The translations under genes and the position numbers were made by a program. A stretch of DNA of 64,000 bases, taken from the NCBI RefSeq assembly GCF_036365525.1, contig NC_090380.1, forward strand, positions 115,405,942 to 115,469,941, written 5' to 3'. Source of the stretch: Heterodontus francisci. Its lineage: Eukaryota. Shown here in pieces: positions 39,924 through 51,838 of this stretch (within the stretch, counting starts at the first letter, position 1; each line of letters starts with the position of its first letter). The notes below the pieces were generated by a model. The model saw nothing but the letters and a program-made list of their open reading frames with translations, was not told the DNA's origin and searched no databases.

Positions 39924-41118
39924 GTAACTACTCCAGTGTGTTGTATCTGATAATTGTGCTGCCGATTCATTTCCTTTCAAAGTTCCAGGCCTTGTTTTCT
40001 TTGCTGAAGCTGAGAGATTAATTCTGTGCTCTCTTCCCTTGGTTTCTGCCCACCCTCCTAATCGGCTAAAAGTATCTGTGTACAAGTTCAGTGAGAAACA
40101 TACCAGACAGGATTTATTCTACACACACACACACACACGCACATCAGTTCCCCCATCAGAGATCACTGGATGATAATCAAGAACAGGAATCCGATGCTTT
40201 CTTGGCAAAAAGGACATTCATCAATTGTAGAGCCCCAATCACAGATCAAGCTGTTCATCAGATAATCTGCATCTTTCCAAATTTAGTTCTGTTTTAAAAT
40301 TCTCATCCTTAATTTCAAACTCCTCCAAGACCCCTCCCGTCCCTATCTCTGTAACTTTTGACAGTTCCATAACCCTCCGAGATCTCTGCGCTCCTCCAAT
40401 TCTGGCATCTCGCACATCACCGATTTTAATCGCTGCTCCATTGGGGGCTGTGCCGTCAGCTGCCTGGGTCCTGAGCTCTGGAATATCCTCCCTCGGCCTC
40501 TCCACCTCTCTATCTCGCTTTCCTTCTTTCAGACACTCCTTAAAACCTGCATCTTTGTCCTAATATCTCCTTATGTGGCTTAGTGTTGAATTTTGATTGA
40601 TGATGCTCTGGTGACCTTGAGACAGTTTTCTATGTTAAAGGCGCTATATAAATTCAAATTGATGTTGCTGCTGCACAGTGTGGTTGGATTTATTTACCAA
40701 GATTGCATGGAGTTATCTGCACTGGTGATTTCTGTTAAAAAAAAAATGGAGATGACAGGGTAATTTGAGGGAAGTGTTTAAAATTATGAAGTAGTTAGTG
40801 ACTGAAGCACAGACAGGGTCAACATTTAAGAAGATGTTAGAGAAGTGTGTGAAGGAATGGGGAAATCAAGAAATGAGATTAGGGTGGGAACGTGGGATTA
40901 GGAATACTGCTCCTGTGGAGGGTAAACACCAATACGAATTGGTTGGGCCAAATTACGTTTCTCAGTTGTGATCTGTGGGTGATTCTCTGAGAGTGAAATT
41001 TGTGTTTGTGAGTTTTATTCTTTGTTTTCAATGAGCAACAACAATCGTGACATTTATAACAGGAGTTTCATTCATTAAATAGGCACAGGTCATACTTTAA
41101 AGAAGAACTTGCATTTAT

Positions 41119-41694
41119 CTCTTAGGCAGTCCCTCGGGAACGAGGATGACTTTCTTCCACTCCAGGATTGTGGGTCCTTAGGTGACTGAATAGTCCAATT
41201 CTGGATCCGCGCACTCTGCCACAGGTGGGACAGGTGGTGTTTGGTGAGGCGAGTGAATGGGATGCTCGAATTTCCAAACGCTCCTTCCGCTGTTTGCACT
41301 TGGTCGCTGCCTGGGCACCTTCGAGGATGTTTCTTCTCCATTTTGGGTGGTCTCGGGCAAGAGATTCCCAGAAATCAGTGGCGATTTGAATGTCTTGTGT
41401 CAGGCATGCAGACGATGTGGCCCACCCAACGTAACTGACTAGCCATGACCAGTGTCTCAATACTGACGATGTTGCCCTGAGAGAGGACACTGATATTGGA
41501 GCACCTGTCCTGCCACTGAATTTGCAGGGTCTTGCAGAGATACCGCTGGTGACAGACAGCAATACTGAAACTCAGCATCACCTCCAGTGAGCCTGCGCAG
41601 TCTTCGTCTGAGGAAAACAGTATTTGACGACAAAGACCTCAAACCTGGCACTAAGCTCATGGTATACAGGGCTGCAGTGTTCCCTGCCCTCCTG
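41119..41694 (-). mobile_element. RTE-clade LINE 3' fragment with 5' inversion, 9-bp TSD TGCATTTAT
   Basis: WESLARDHPKWR...CPTCGR..SRIGLFSHLRTH on minus; VFDDKDLKPGTKLMVYRAAV on plus; TSD at 41110-41118 and 41695-41703. Confidence 0.8.
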
Positions 41695-42060
41695 TGCATT
41701 TATATAGTGCCTATCCTCAGGACATCCCAAAGTGCTTCACCGCAGGGTAACTACTTTGAAATGTAGTAAGGGATGTTATGTTGGGAATGTGACAGCCAAT
41801 TAGTGCACAGCAAGCTCCCACAAACAACAATGTGATAAATGATCAAATAATCAGTTTTAGTGAGGGATAGATATTAGCTCAGGATGCATTGGAGAATTCC
41901 CCCGCTCTACAAATTACTGCCATGGGATCTTTTACATTCACCTGAGAGGGCTGACGGGGTCTCAGTTTAATATCTCATTTCAACTAACACACTGTTGTGT
42001 AACTAATTTCTACAGAATGTCAGAATTATCAATCCAGCAATTAAATGTGTATTATCCTGA

Positions 42061-42199
42061 GGCAGCTGGTCTGTGAGGTGAATCTCCCCTGGGTCAGTGA
42101 CGACAGGTGTGAGAAGGATAGGGAGTGGCAGAAGGATTCTGGGTGATGCTTTTCCCTGATCTACAGACTCAGAGGCAGTTGCAGTAAACAAGAACAAAC
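42061..42199 (+). promoter_or_regulatory. Cassette 6 promoter-like block (subtype A)
   Basis: CAGCTG, TCCCCTGGG, CAGGTG, GTAAACAAGAACAAAC. Confidence 0.65.
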
Positions 42200-42355
42200 T
42201 CACTCTCTCTCACACAAGTGAGCATCACAAGAATTAGCCAGGACATCCAGACTGGTTCTATATTAAGAGGCTCGCTTGAGGCCACCATATTGAAGGATTT
42301 CAGAAAAGTTGGGAGGATTTATACTTTAGATTCCACGTTGGTGTGAAGCAGAGAA

Positions 42356-42530
42356 ATGATGAGGCTTCTGGATCTGCAGTTGCTTTACTTATTCCCGAGG
42401 CTGCAGATGTGCTGTCGCCTTTTCAACTCTGGTCCGATCCTTTCCAATGATCAACTTAGGCAGAGTATCAGAAGCACTGTACGAAAAGCAAAAACCGAGC
42501 TTAGTACAGAGCCTCCTTATGCTGATGCAG
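42356..42530 (+). CDS. Variable first exon 6, subtype A (MMRLLDLQLLYLFPRLQMCCRLFNSGPILS...EPPYADA-G)
   Basis: ATG, CC motif, donor AG|GTAAC. Confidence 0.72.
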
Positions 42531-43066
42531 GTAACTATTGTGTCCACGTGTGCTGTACCTTATCATAATGTTGGGATTCTATTTCCCTCTTGTCTTGTCC
42601 TTCTGCTGAAGGCAGTGACAGTTGGGGGCAGCGTTTCACAGGTACCAGCAGCCCGCTGTTTACCACAAACCAAATTCTCACCTAGACAGTTAACAGCTAT
42701 TCAACCAACTGGAGCATCATAGCAGAACTCAGCACTAACTTTTCCAATGTGCTGACCCTCACAGCAGTCGGAGTTAATGATTGGATCAGCAACTGTGTAT
42801 TTTTATGCTTCCGTGTCGATAGAGAAACTGAGGTTAATGACAGCAACCCTTCCTCCACCTCCCCTCATCAGCACAGATCAGGGACCAAGCCTTGGTCTTG
42901 CTTGTATTGTATAGTTGAGTGTCACAGGGAGCAGTGCATCTACACATTGGGCGTGATCCATGCTGGTGAAGTTTCAGGTTAAATTTGTTGAATGCTTGTT
43001 TCAGATCTATAATCAGTTCCCCTGAAATGCTGGTGAAATTAATCTAATAAAGGTTTACTTTACAGA

Positions 43067-43189
43067 GGCACCTGGTCTGTGAGGTGAAGCTCCCCTGGGT
43101 CAGTGTCAACAGGTGAGAGAAGGATAGATGGAGGGCTCTGGATAAAGATATTCCCCAGTCAGTCCCAGTTTCAGTAAATAGGGACAAAC
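43067..43189 (+). promoter_or_regulatory. Cassette 7 promoter-like block
   Basis: Consensus block. Confidence 0.6.
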
Positions 43190-43374
43190 GCTCTCTCACA
43201 CACACACACACAGGAGCCACAGAGAGTGGCAGAAACTCTCACTGAGAGAGACAGACCGGGTCAGCAACAGGCAGTGTGCTGCTGCCCGTGTCTGTGAGAG
43301 ACTGTGAAAATCTCCCGCTGTTGTTTAGAAGGATGTTTGCGAGAGTTTCCACTGCAGGGTGAATGAGCTGAACC

Positions 43375-43541
43375 ATGTTTGTGTTTGAAGCAGTGATTCA
43401 CACATTGTAGGAAGTGCACGTGTGTTGTAAACTGGTCATTGGATCGTTAGTGATTCCTGATGACCAACTTGTGGGGAAGCTCACAGAGAGTGTCTGATTC
43501 TATACCCACAGTCAGCACCATGCCACCTTTGAACTCAATAG
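43375..43541 (+). pseudogene. Variable exon 7, subtype C, defective
   Basis: MFVFEAVIHTL* (TAG at 43408), later frameshift; donor AG|GTAAT retained. Confidence 0.7.
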
Positions 43542-45123
43542 GTAATTGTTGTGTTTGACTCCTGTGTTCCTGTGTTGTAGCTGAGAGATGAGCAGTATCC
43601 CACAAAATTTCTTGCCTTTTTTGATTGAAGCTGGTGATTTATAAATTCCTCTAGCTCTACAAAGCTCTGTGATTCCGTGCTCTTCCAATTCTGGCCTCTT
43701 GCATTTCCCTGATTTTCATTACTCCAGAATAGACAGTCATATCTTGATCTGCCTGGGCCCTAAGCTCTGGAAATCCCTCCCTAAACCACTCCGCATCACT
43801 ACATCTCTCTCCTGCATTAGGGTTCACCTTAAAACCTACTTTTTTATTACGTTTTTTGCCACCTGTCCTAATATCTCCTCGGTGTCAAATTTTGTTTGAT
43901 AATCTCTCCTGTGAAGCACCTTTGGGCGTTCAAGTATATTAAAGTTGCTACTTGAAAGCAATTGTTGTTGCTGCACAGTGCTGTTGGATTTATTTACCAA
44001 GGTTCTGTGGAATTATCTGCAGTGGTGACTTTTGTTCGAAGAGTTGAAATAGCATGGTGATTTGAGGGAAGTGTTTAAAATTATGAAGTGATTAGTGACT
44101 GAGGCAGAGTCAACATGTAAGAAGGGCTGGAAAGGTATGTGAAAAAATGGGGAATATCAAGATATAGGATCAGGATGGGAACATGGGATTAGGAATACTG
44201 CTCCTGTGGAGGGTAAACACCAACTCGGATTGGTTGGGCCAAACGGCCTTTTTCATTGTTGTAATTTTTAAAAATTCTTTCATGGGATGTGGGCGTCGCA
44301 GGCCAGGCCAGCATGTATTGCCCATTCCCAATTGCCCTTGAACTGAGTGGCTTGCTAGGGCATGTAAGAGTCAACCACATTGCTGTGGATCTGGAGTCAC
44401 ATGTAGGCCAGACCAGGTAAGGACAGCAACAATCGACAATGGTTTCATGGCCATCATTAGACTGGCTTTTAATTCCAGATTTATTAATTGAATTCAAATT
44501 CCACCTTCTGCTGTGGTGGGATTTGAACCCATGTCCCCAGAGCAATACCTGGGTCTCTGGGTTACTAGTCCAGTGACAATACCAGTATGCCACCGCCTCC
44601 CCCTAATTTGTAATTTGCGTGCGATTCTCTGAGAGTGAAATTTGTGTTTGCGAGTTTTATCCTTTGTTTTCAAGAAACAAAAATAATTGTGAAATTTAGA
44701 ACAGAAATTCCATTCATTAAATAAAAAAAGAGCTTGCATTTATATAGCCCCTGTCACAATCACAGGAAGTTTGCTTCTGAAGTAATTTTTGTAACTGTTG
44801 TAATGTAAGAATCGCGCACCTAATTTGGGCACAGCAAGATCCCACAAACAACAGTGTGCCAAATGATCAGATAATCTGTTTTAGTGTTGGCAGATGTGGG
44901 ATAAATATTGGCCAGGTCACCAGAGAGAACTCTCCCGCTCTTCTTCGAAGTAGTGCCATGGGATCTTTTACATCCACCTGAGCGGGCAGACGGGCCATGG
45001 TTTAATGTCTCATCTGAACTTGCCCATTACTGTGCATGTGGGAAATCCTGTCTCAAGCTGTAACTATGGTTTCCATGGTTTGCCTACATCTTTAATCTAG
45101 CAATTAAATGTTTACTATTCAAA

Positions 45124-45207
45124 GGCAGCTGGTGTGTGAGGTGAATTTCCCCTGGGTTAGTGACGACAGGTGAGAGACTCAGGCAGTTGCTGTAAACAGG
45201 AACATAC
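45124..45207 (+). promoter_or_regulatory. Cassette 8 promoter-like block with internal deletion
   Basis: CAGCTG, TCCCCTGGG, CAGGTG, GTAAACAGGAAC; middle TTCCCC segment missing. Confidence 0.55.
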
Positions 45208-45388
45208 TCATTCTCTCTCTCACACACACACAAGTGAACAACACAAGAATTACCCGGGACATCCAGACAAGTTCTGCATCATGAGGCTCGCTTGCTGAAT
45301 ATACATTGAACGACTTCAGAGAAGTTGCATCATTGGTTAGGAGGACGTTATTTTGGAAGGTTTCACAGCAGGAGGAAGGAGAGGAGTG

Positions 45389-45560
45389 ATGAGACTTCTG
45401 TATCTTGAGTTGGGTTACTTGTTCTCCGAACTGCAGATGTGCTGCCAGATGTTTGGCTCCACTCCGATCCTTTCCAGAGATCAAATTAGGCAGAGTATTA
45501 GAAGCACCGTGCCTAAAGCAAAGACCAAGCTCAGTACAGAGGCTCCTTACGACCAGACAG
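45389..45560 (+). CDS. Variable first exon 8, subtype A (MRLLYLELGYLFSELQMCCQMFGSTPILS...EAPYDQT-G)
   Basis: ATG, CC motif, donor AG|GTAAC. Confidence 0.72.
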
Positions 45561-46119
45561 GTAACTGACATGTCCTCGTATGCTCATTATAATACTGGGA
45601 TTCTTTATCCCCCCCCCCCGCCCCCGTCTTATCCTTCTGCTGAAGGCAGTAACAGATGGGGACAGGGTTCCACAGGTGCCAGCAACCCTCTGTTACCCAC
45701 AAACCCAAATCCCATTTCTGCACCTAGACTGTGACCCGGCTGTGCAACTGTGGGGAGCATCACAGTTGAGCTCAACATGTCTTCATCCAATGTGCAAGCT
45801 CTTGCACTTTCCGGCAGGGGCTAGAGGATTAATGATCAGGAGCAGGAACCAGAGAAACATGTCATGCTTATGAGTCAATAGGGAAACTGAGGTTAATGAT
45901 AACAACCCTGCCCCCACCTCCCCTCATCAGCACAGATCAGGGACCAAGCCTCAGACTTGCTTGTATTGTACAGTTGAACGTCACAGGGAGCAGTGCATCT
46001 ACACACTGGGAGAATCCGGGTTGCTGAGGTTTACAGTTAAATTGTTTATTTCAGATCCGTAATCAGATGCATCAAATGCTGGTGATATTGATCTAATAGT
46101 TAAAGGTTTACTGTCCAGG

Positions 46120-46481
46120 GGCACCTGGTCTGTGAGGTGAAGCGCTCCTGGGTCAGTCTCTACAGGTGAGAGAAGGATAGATGGAGGGCTCTGGGTAGGG
46201 CTGGATCCATGGGAAACCCCTCGAACTGTATCGTTAATATTTTCATTTGCTGTAAATGTAAAACTGTAATTGGCGTGACAATTGTGAAATGGAAGGGTTG
46301 TGAAGAAACTCATGATAGTATTGAAGGAAACTGATCTCCCTTGCAATGTTTGTATTTTTTGGTGCTGTTTGAAACTGTTTGGCAATGTAATTTTTGCAGA
46401 TTTTTATGAATAAAGTATATTTTGGAAATAAAAAAAAAGATATTCCCCAGTCAGTCCCAGTTTCAGTAAATTGGAACAAAC
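46120..46481 (+). promoter_or_regulatory. Cassette 9 promoter-like block split by a retroposon tail
   Basis: Consensus halves flank the insert at 46198-46436. Confidence 0.55.
46198..46436 (+). mobile_element. Poly(A)-tailed retroposon 3' end (L1/Tx1-like)
   Basis: AATAAA at 46409 followed by A-tail; absent from paralogous promoters. Confidence 0.65.
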
Positions 46482-46660
46482 TCTCTCACACACATAAGCC
46501 AGTGTCACAGAGAGTGGCAGAAACTCTCAGTGAGAAACAAACAGAATCAGCAACAGGCAGTGGGCTGCTGCCCGTGTCTGTGAGAGACTGTGGAAATCTC
46601 CAGCTATTGTTTAGATTGGCGTTTGCGAGAGTTTCCACTGCAGGGTGAATGAGCTGAGCC

Positions 46661-46811
46661 ATGTTTGTGTTTGAAGCAGTGATCCACACATTGTATGAAG
46701 TGCACATGTGTTGTAAACTGTTCAACGCCTCTTCAGTGATTCCTCACAACCATCTTGTGGGGAAGCACACAGAGACGGTGTCTGACTCTGAGCTATCTAC
46801 TAACCCAACAG
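46661..46811 (+). CDS. Variable first exon 9, subtype C, shortened but in frame (MFVFEAVIHTLYEVHMCCKLFNASS...STNPT-G)
   Basis: GAGCCATG, CC motif, donor AG|GTAAA. Confidence 0.6.
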
Positions 46812-47756
46812 GTAAATGTTGTGCTTTACCCCTGTGTTCCTGTTGTAGTTGAGAGCTGTGCATCCCTCAATTTCTTGCCCATTTTTGTCTGAAATCCTTC
46901 ACATTATCTCCTCCAGCCCTACAACCTTCCAAGATCTCTACACTCCTCCAATACTGGTCTCTTGTACATCCCCCAATTCCTTCACTCCACCACTGGTGAC
47001 CATGATTCCAGCTGCTTGGATCCTAATCTCTGGGAATCCCTTACTAAACCTCTCTCTCCTCCTTTATACTTCATAAAACCTACCTCTTTGACCAGGCTTT
47101 TAGTCACCTTTCGGAATGTCTCCATATGAGACTCAGTTTATCAAATACTGTTTGATAACACTCCCTGTGAAGCACCTTGGGACATTTTACAATGATGAAG
47201 GTGCTATATAAATGCAAATTGTTGTTACTGCTACTGAATTAACACTAATTACAGATCCAAAACTCCACCCAAGTTGGACCCACCAGACGGGGGGTCCAAC
47301 CTGGGATCTTGTTGGATTGCAGAGCTCAGTTGCACACATCCTGTGGTGGATATAATGTTGGAGCTCTTTGCATACAGTGGGTCAGGCTACACAGGGGCCA
47401 TGAATCTGGCCTTCTGTGGGTACATGTGTCAGCTGTAGCTCTGTGGGTAGCGCTTTTGCCTTTGTGTTAGCAGTTTGTGGGTTCAAATCCCATTCCAGTG
47501 ACTTGCATTCTTAGTCCAGGCTGACTCTCCCAGCAAATTCATTTCTGTCGGCTGTAAAGTTGCTGAGCTCAGGGGAGTTGTGAGATAAATGCAAGTTTGT
47601 CCATCCTTTCATGGTGAACAAGACAGCAAACAGGCCGGTGGGATTGTCAGTGAGGGGCTGCACCAGCTGCTTTGTTGTGTACAATGTGTATCTAGACTGG
47701 TTGAAGTTATTTTTAATCAAATTCACTCTCTGGTAATGAAGAGTTTACTGTCTGCA

Positions 47757-47880
47757 GCCACCTGGTCTATGACAGACTCTTTCCCAGGGGCAGTAACAGG
47801 TAAGAGAAGGTGAGGCTGAGGTAGCAGAGTTCTGGGTAAAACTATTCCCCAATCTACATCCTCAAACCCAATTTCAGTGA
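47757..47880 (+). promoter_or_regulatory. Cassette 10 promoter-like block (divergent)
   Basis: CACCTG, TCCCAGGGG, CAGGTA, TATTCCCC. Confidence 0.5.
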
Positions 47881-47971
47881 AGTCAGAGAGCGGCAGGAAC
47901 TCACTGATACAGTAGTGTGTGTGTGGCTGTTTGCAAGCACTAGTTTAGTGCTGTGACCAGTGGGAGCCACG

Positions 47972-48137
47972 ATGATGTACATGCAATTCATCGATATATT
48001 TATCGAGGTCCAGATGTGCTGTGTGCTTTTCAACACCCCTCCAATCCTCTCGGAAAAGCAGCTTGTACAGAGGCTGCGAGAGAAAGTGTCTATTGCTAAA
48101 ACCAGAGGCGGCTCCGCAGATCCTTACGACCGGACAG
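47972..48137 (+). CDS. Variable first exon 10, subtype B (MMYMQFIDIFIEVQMCCVLFNTPPILS...DPYDRT-G)
   Basis: ATG, CC motif, donor AG|GTAAC. Confidence 0.72.
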
Positions 48138-48675
48138 GTAACTCGTGTGCTGCAGCTCATCATAAATGTGGGCTTGTATATCCCTCCTGTCTTGATCTTC
48201 TGCTGAAGGCAGTGATGGATGGGGACAGGGTTCCACAGCTGCCAACATTAGTTACGCGCAAATTCCCATCTCCGCACCTGGACGTGTTTTAACAGGCTAT
48301 TGAACCAAGGGGAGCATCACAGCTGAGCTCAACAGTGTCCTCATTCGATGTTCAAACTCTCGCACTTTCCGGAAGGTATGAAAGGGTTAATGAACAGGAA
48401 CCGTAGAAGATTTTCCTAAGCTTCCGTGACGACAGGGAAAGTGAGGTTAATGATAGCACCCTGCCCCCACCTCACCTCAGCAACACAGATCAGGGACCAA
48501 GCCTCAGCCTTGCTTATATTGTACAGTTGAGTGTCACAGGGAGCACTGCATCTTCACACTGGGAGAATGTGTTACTGAAGATTAGGTGTAAGATACTTGA
48601 GTGTTTGTTTCAGATCTGTAATCAGTTCCCCTGAAATGCTGGTAATATTAATCTAATAAAAGTTTACTGTCCAGG

Positions 48676-48798
48676 GGTACCTGGTCTGTGAGGTGAAGCT
48701 CCCCTGGGTCAGTCTCTACAGGTGAGAGAAGGATAGATAGAGGCCTCTGAGTAAAGATATTCCCCAGTCAGTCCCAGTTTCAGTAAATAGGAACAAAC
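48676..48798 (+). promoter_or_regulatory. Cassette 11 promoter-like block
   Basis: Consensus block. Confidence 0.6.
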
Positions 48799-48979
48799 TC
48801 TCTCACACACACAAGCCAGTGTCACAGAGAGTGGCAGAAACTCTCAGTGAGACAGAGACAGGATCAGCAACAGCCAGTGGGCTGCTGCCCGTGTCTGTGA
48901 GAGAGACTGTGGAAATCTCCCGTTATTATTTCGAAGGGCATTTGCGAGAGTTTCCACTGCAGGGTGAATGAGCTGAGCC

Positions 48980-49064
48980 ATGTTTGTGTTTGAAGCAGTG
49001 CACGTGTGTTGTCAACTGTTCAACGCCTCTTCAATGAGCACCGTGCCACATTTTAACCCAACCA
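48980..49064 (+). pseudogene. Variable exon 11, subtype C, two in-frame deletions (MFVFEAVHVCCQLFNASSMSTVPHFNPT)
   Basis: Aligns to subtype C; donor weakened to CCA|GTAAT but still phase 1. Confidence 0.6.
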
Positions 49065-50509
49065 GTAATTGTTGTGCATTATCCCTGTGTTCCTATTGTA
49101 GCTGAGAGCTGTGCAGGTGATTCCATATCCCTCAGAATTTCTTGCCTCTTTTGACCGACGCTGGTGATTTATAAATTCATCCGGCTCTACAAAGGTCCGG
49201 GACCTTTCCGCTCCTCCAATTCTGGCCTCTTGCACATCCTCAGTTTTCATTATCCCAGAATTGGCAGCCGCATCTTCAGCTGCCTGGGCCCTAAACTCTC
49301 AAATTCACCTCCTGAAACTCTCCGCATCTGTTCTCCTTTGAGACGCTGCTTAAAATCCATCTTTTCACAAAGTTTTTGGTCACCTGCCCTAATATCTACT
49401 TGATGTGGTTCAGTGTTTAATCTTGTTTGATAATCGCTTCCGTGAAGTGCCTTAGCATGTTTCAGTATAATTAAAGGTGCTATATGAATGCAATTGTTGT
49501 TGCACAGTGCTGTTGGATTTGTTTACCAAGGTTGTGTGGAATTATCTGCGCTGGTAACTATTGTTAGAAGAGATGAAATAGCCCGGTGATTTGAGGGAAG
49601 TGTTTAAAATTATGAAGTGACTAGTGACTGAAAGGGTCAACATTTAAAAAGAGGTTGGAGAGGTGTGTGAAGGAATGGGGAATATTGAGATATGGGATCA
49701 GGGTGGGAACATGGGATTAGGAATACTGCTCCTGTGGAGGGTAAACACCAATTCACATTGGTTGGGCCGAACGGCCTTTTTCAGTGAAAGTGAAATTTGC
49801 GTTTGTGAGTTTTATACTTTGCTTTCAAGGAACAAAAACAATTGTGAAATTTACAACTAATTTCATTCATTCAATTGGCAAATTTAAAGCAGAAAAAGAA
49901 AATTGCATTTATATAGCACCATGTCACGCCCTCGGGACGTCTCAAATTGTCTTAGAGGCAAGGAAGTGCTTTTGAAGTTCAGTCACTGTTGTAATGTAGG
50001 GAATCACAGCAGTTAATTTGGCAGGACAAGGTCGCATAAAGAGATAATCTGTTTGAGTGAGGGATAAATATTGGCCAGGATACAAGAGAGAATTCCTGTG
50101 CACTTGTTCAAATTAACATAGGAACACAAGAATTAGGAGCAGGAGTAGGCCATTTAGTCCCTTGAGCTTGCTCTGTCATTCAACTAGATCATGGTTGGTC
50201 TGATTGTGGCCTCCATTGTATTTTCCTGCCTTCTCCCAATAACCATTGTAGATCAAAAATCTGTCCAACTCAGCCTTGAATATATTCAATGACCCACCCT
50301 CCACTGCTCTCTGGGGGAGAGAATTCCAAAGATTGACGACCCTCTGTGGGATCTTTTACATCTACCTGCGAGGACTGATGGGCCTCAGTTGATGCCTCAT
50401 TTGAACTAACACACTATTGTGCTTGGGGGAAAGGCCTCTCTCAAGCTGTAACTAATTTCTACAGAATGCTGACATTATTAATCCAGCAATTAAGGGGTTA
50501 CTATCCTGA

Positions 50510-50646
50510 GGCAGCTGATCTGTGAGGCGAGTCTCCCCTGGGTCAGTGACGACAGGTGTGAGAAGGATAGGGAGTGGCAGGAGGGTTCTGGGTGATGATT
50601 TCTTGATCCACAGACTCAGAGGCAGTTGCAGTAAACAAGAACAAAC
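50510..50646 (+). promoter_or_regulatory. Cassette 12 promoter-like block (subtype A)
   Basis: CAGCTG, TCCCCTGGG, CAGGTG, GTAAACAAGAACAAAC. Confidence 0.6.
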
Positions 50647-50817
50647 TAATTCTCTCTCACACAAGTGAGCATCACAAGAATTACCTGGGACATGCAGACT
50701 GGTTCTGTATCAAGAGGCTAACTTGCTGTCCCTGTATTGAAGGATTTCAGAGAAGTTGTGCATTAATTGGGAAGACATTGTTAGAAAGTTTCCACGTTAG
50801 TGTGAAGGAGAGGAGCG

Positions 50818-50989
50818 ATGAGGCTTCTCGATTTGACACTAGGTTACTTGTTCTCTCAGCTGCAGACGTGCTGTTACTTATTCAACTCTGGTCCGATCCT
50901 TTCCAAGGATCAACTTGGGCAAATTATCAGAAGCACTGTGCGTAAAGCAAAGCCTGAGCTCAGTACAGAGCCTCCTTATGATGATACAG
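50818..50989 (+). CDS. Variable first exon 12, subtype A (MRLLDLTLGYLFSQLQTCCYLFNSGPILS...EPPYDDT-G)
   Basis: ATG, CC motif, donor AG|GTAAC. Confidence 0.72.
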
Positions 50990-51550
50990 GTAACTATTGT
51001 GTCCTCGTGTGCTGTAGCTCATTGTAATGTTGAGATTTTAGATCCCGGGTGTCTTGTGCTTCTGCTGAATGCAGTGGCTGATGGGAACGGCATTTCCCAG
51101 GTACCAGCAGCCCTCTGTTAGCTAAAAACTGAATTCTATCTCCGCAGCTTGACAGTTAACTGGCTATTTAACTAAGGGGATCATCACACCAGAGCTCATT
51201 GCTATCTTCATCCGATGTTCAAACTCTTGCATTTTCCAGAAGGGGTCTAAGGGTTAATGGTTAGGAATAGGAACCATAGAAGATTTTCTTAAGCTTCTGT
51301 GTCGATAGGGAAACTGAGGTTAATGATAGCAACCCCTCTCTCAACTTCTCTCATCAACACAGATCAGTGACCAAGCCTCGGCCTTGCCTGTGTTGTATAG
51401 TTGAATGTCACAGGGAGCAGTGCGTCTACACATTGGGCACAACTTGTTGCTGAAGTTTAGGTTTAAAATATTTGAATGTTGGTTTCAGATTTGTAATCAG
51501 TTCCCCTGAAATGCTGGTAATATTAATCTTGTAAAGGTTTACAGTACAGA

Positions 51551-51679
51551 GGCACCTGGTCTGAGGTGAAGCTCCCCTGGGTCAGTGTCGACAGGTGAGA
51601 GAAGGATAGGGAGCGGCAGGAGGGGCTCTTGGTAAAGATATTCCCCAGTCAGTCCCAGTTTCAGTAAATAGGAACAAAC
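51551..51679 (+). promoter_or_regulatory. Cassette 13 promoter-like block
   Basis: Consensus block. Confidence 0.62.
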
Positions 51680-51838
51680 ACTCTCACACACACAAGCCAG
51701 TGTCACAGAGAGCGGCAGAAACTCTCACTGATACAACAAGTAGTTTGTGGCTGCATGTATCTCTGGTCACAGATTGTCAAAGGCTCCCGGTGTTGGTTGG
51801 ATGGACTTTTGGGGATAGTTTCGAAAGTCTTGTGACGA

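Noticed and set aside
42003-42203. Recurrent minus-strand ORFs (PILLTPVVTDPGEIHLTDQ)
   Set aside because: Antisense translation of the conserved promoter block; starts, stops and frames are inconsistent between copies
50930-50995. CACTGTG near the donor suggesting Ig/TCR J segments with RSS
   Set aside because: Heptamer not positionally conserved, no nonamer at 12/23 spacing, no FGxG/WGxG motif; cassettes have their own ATG
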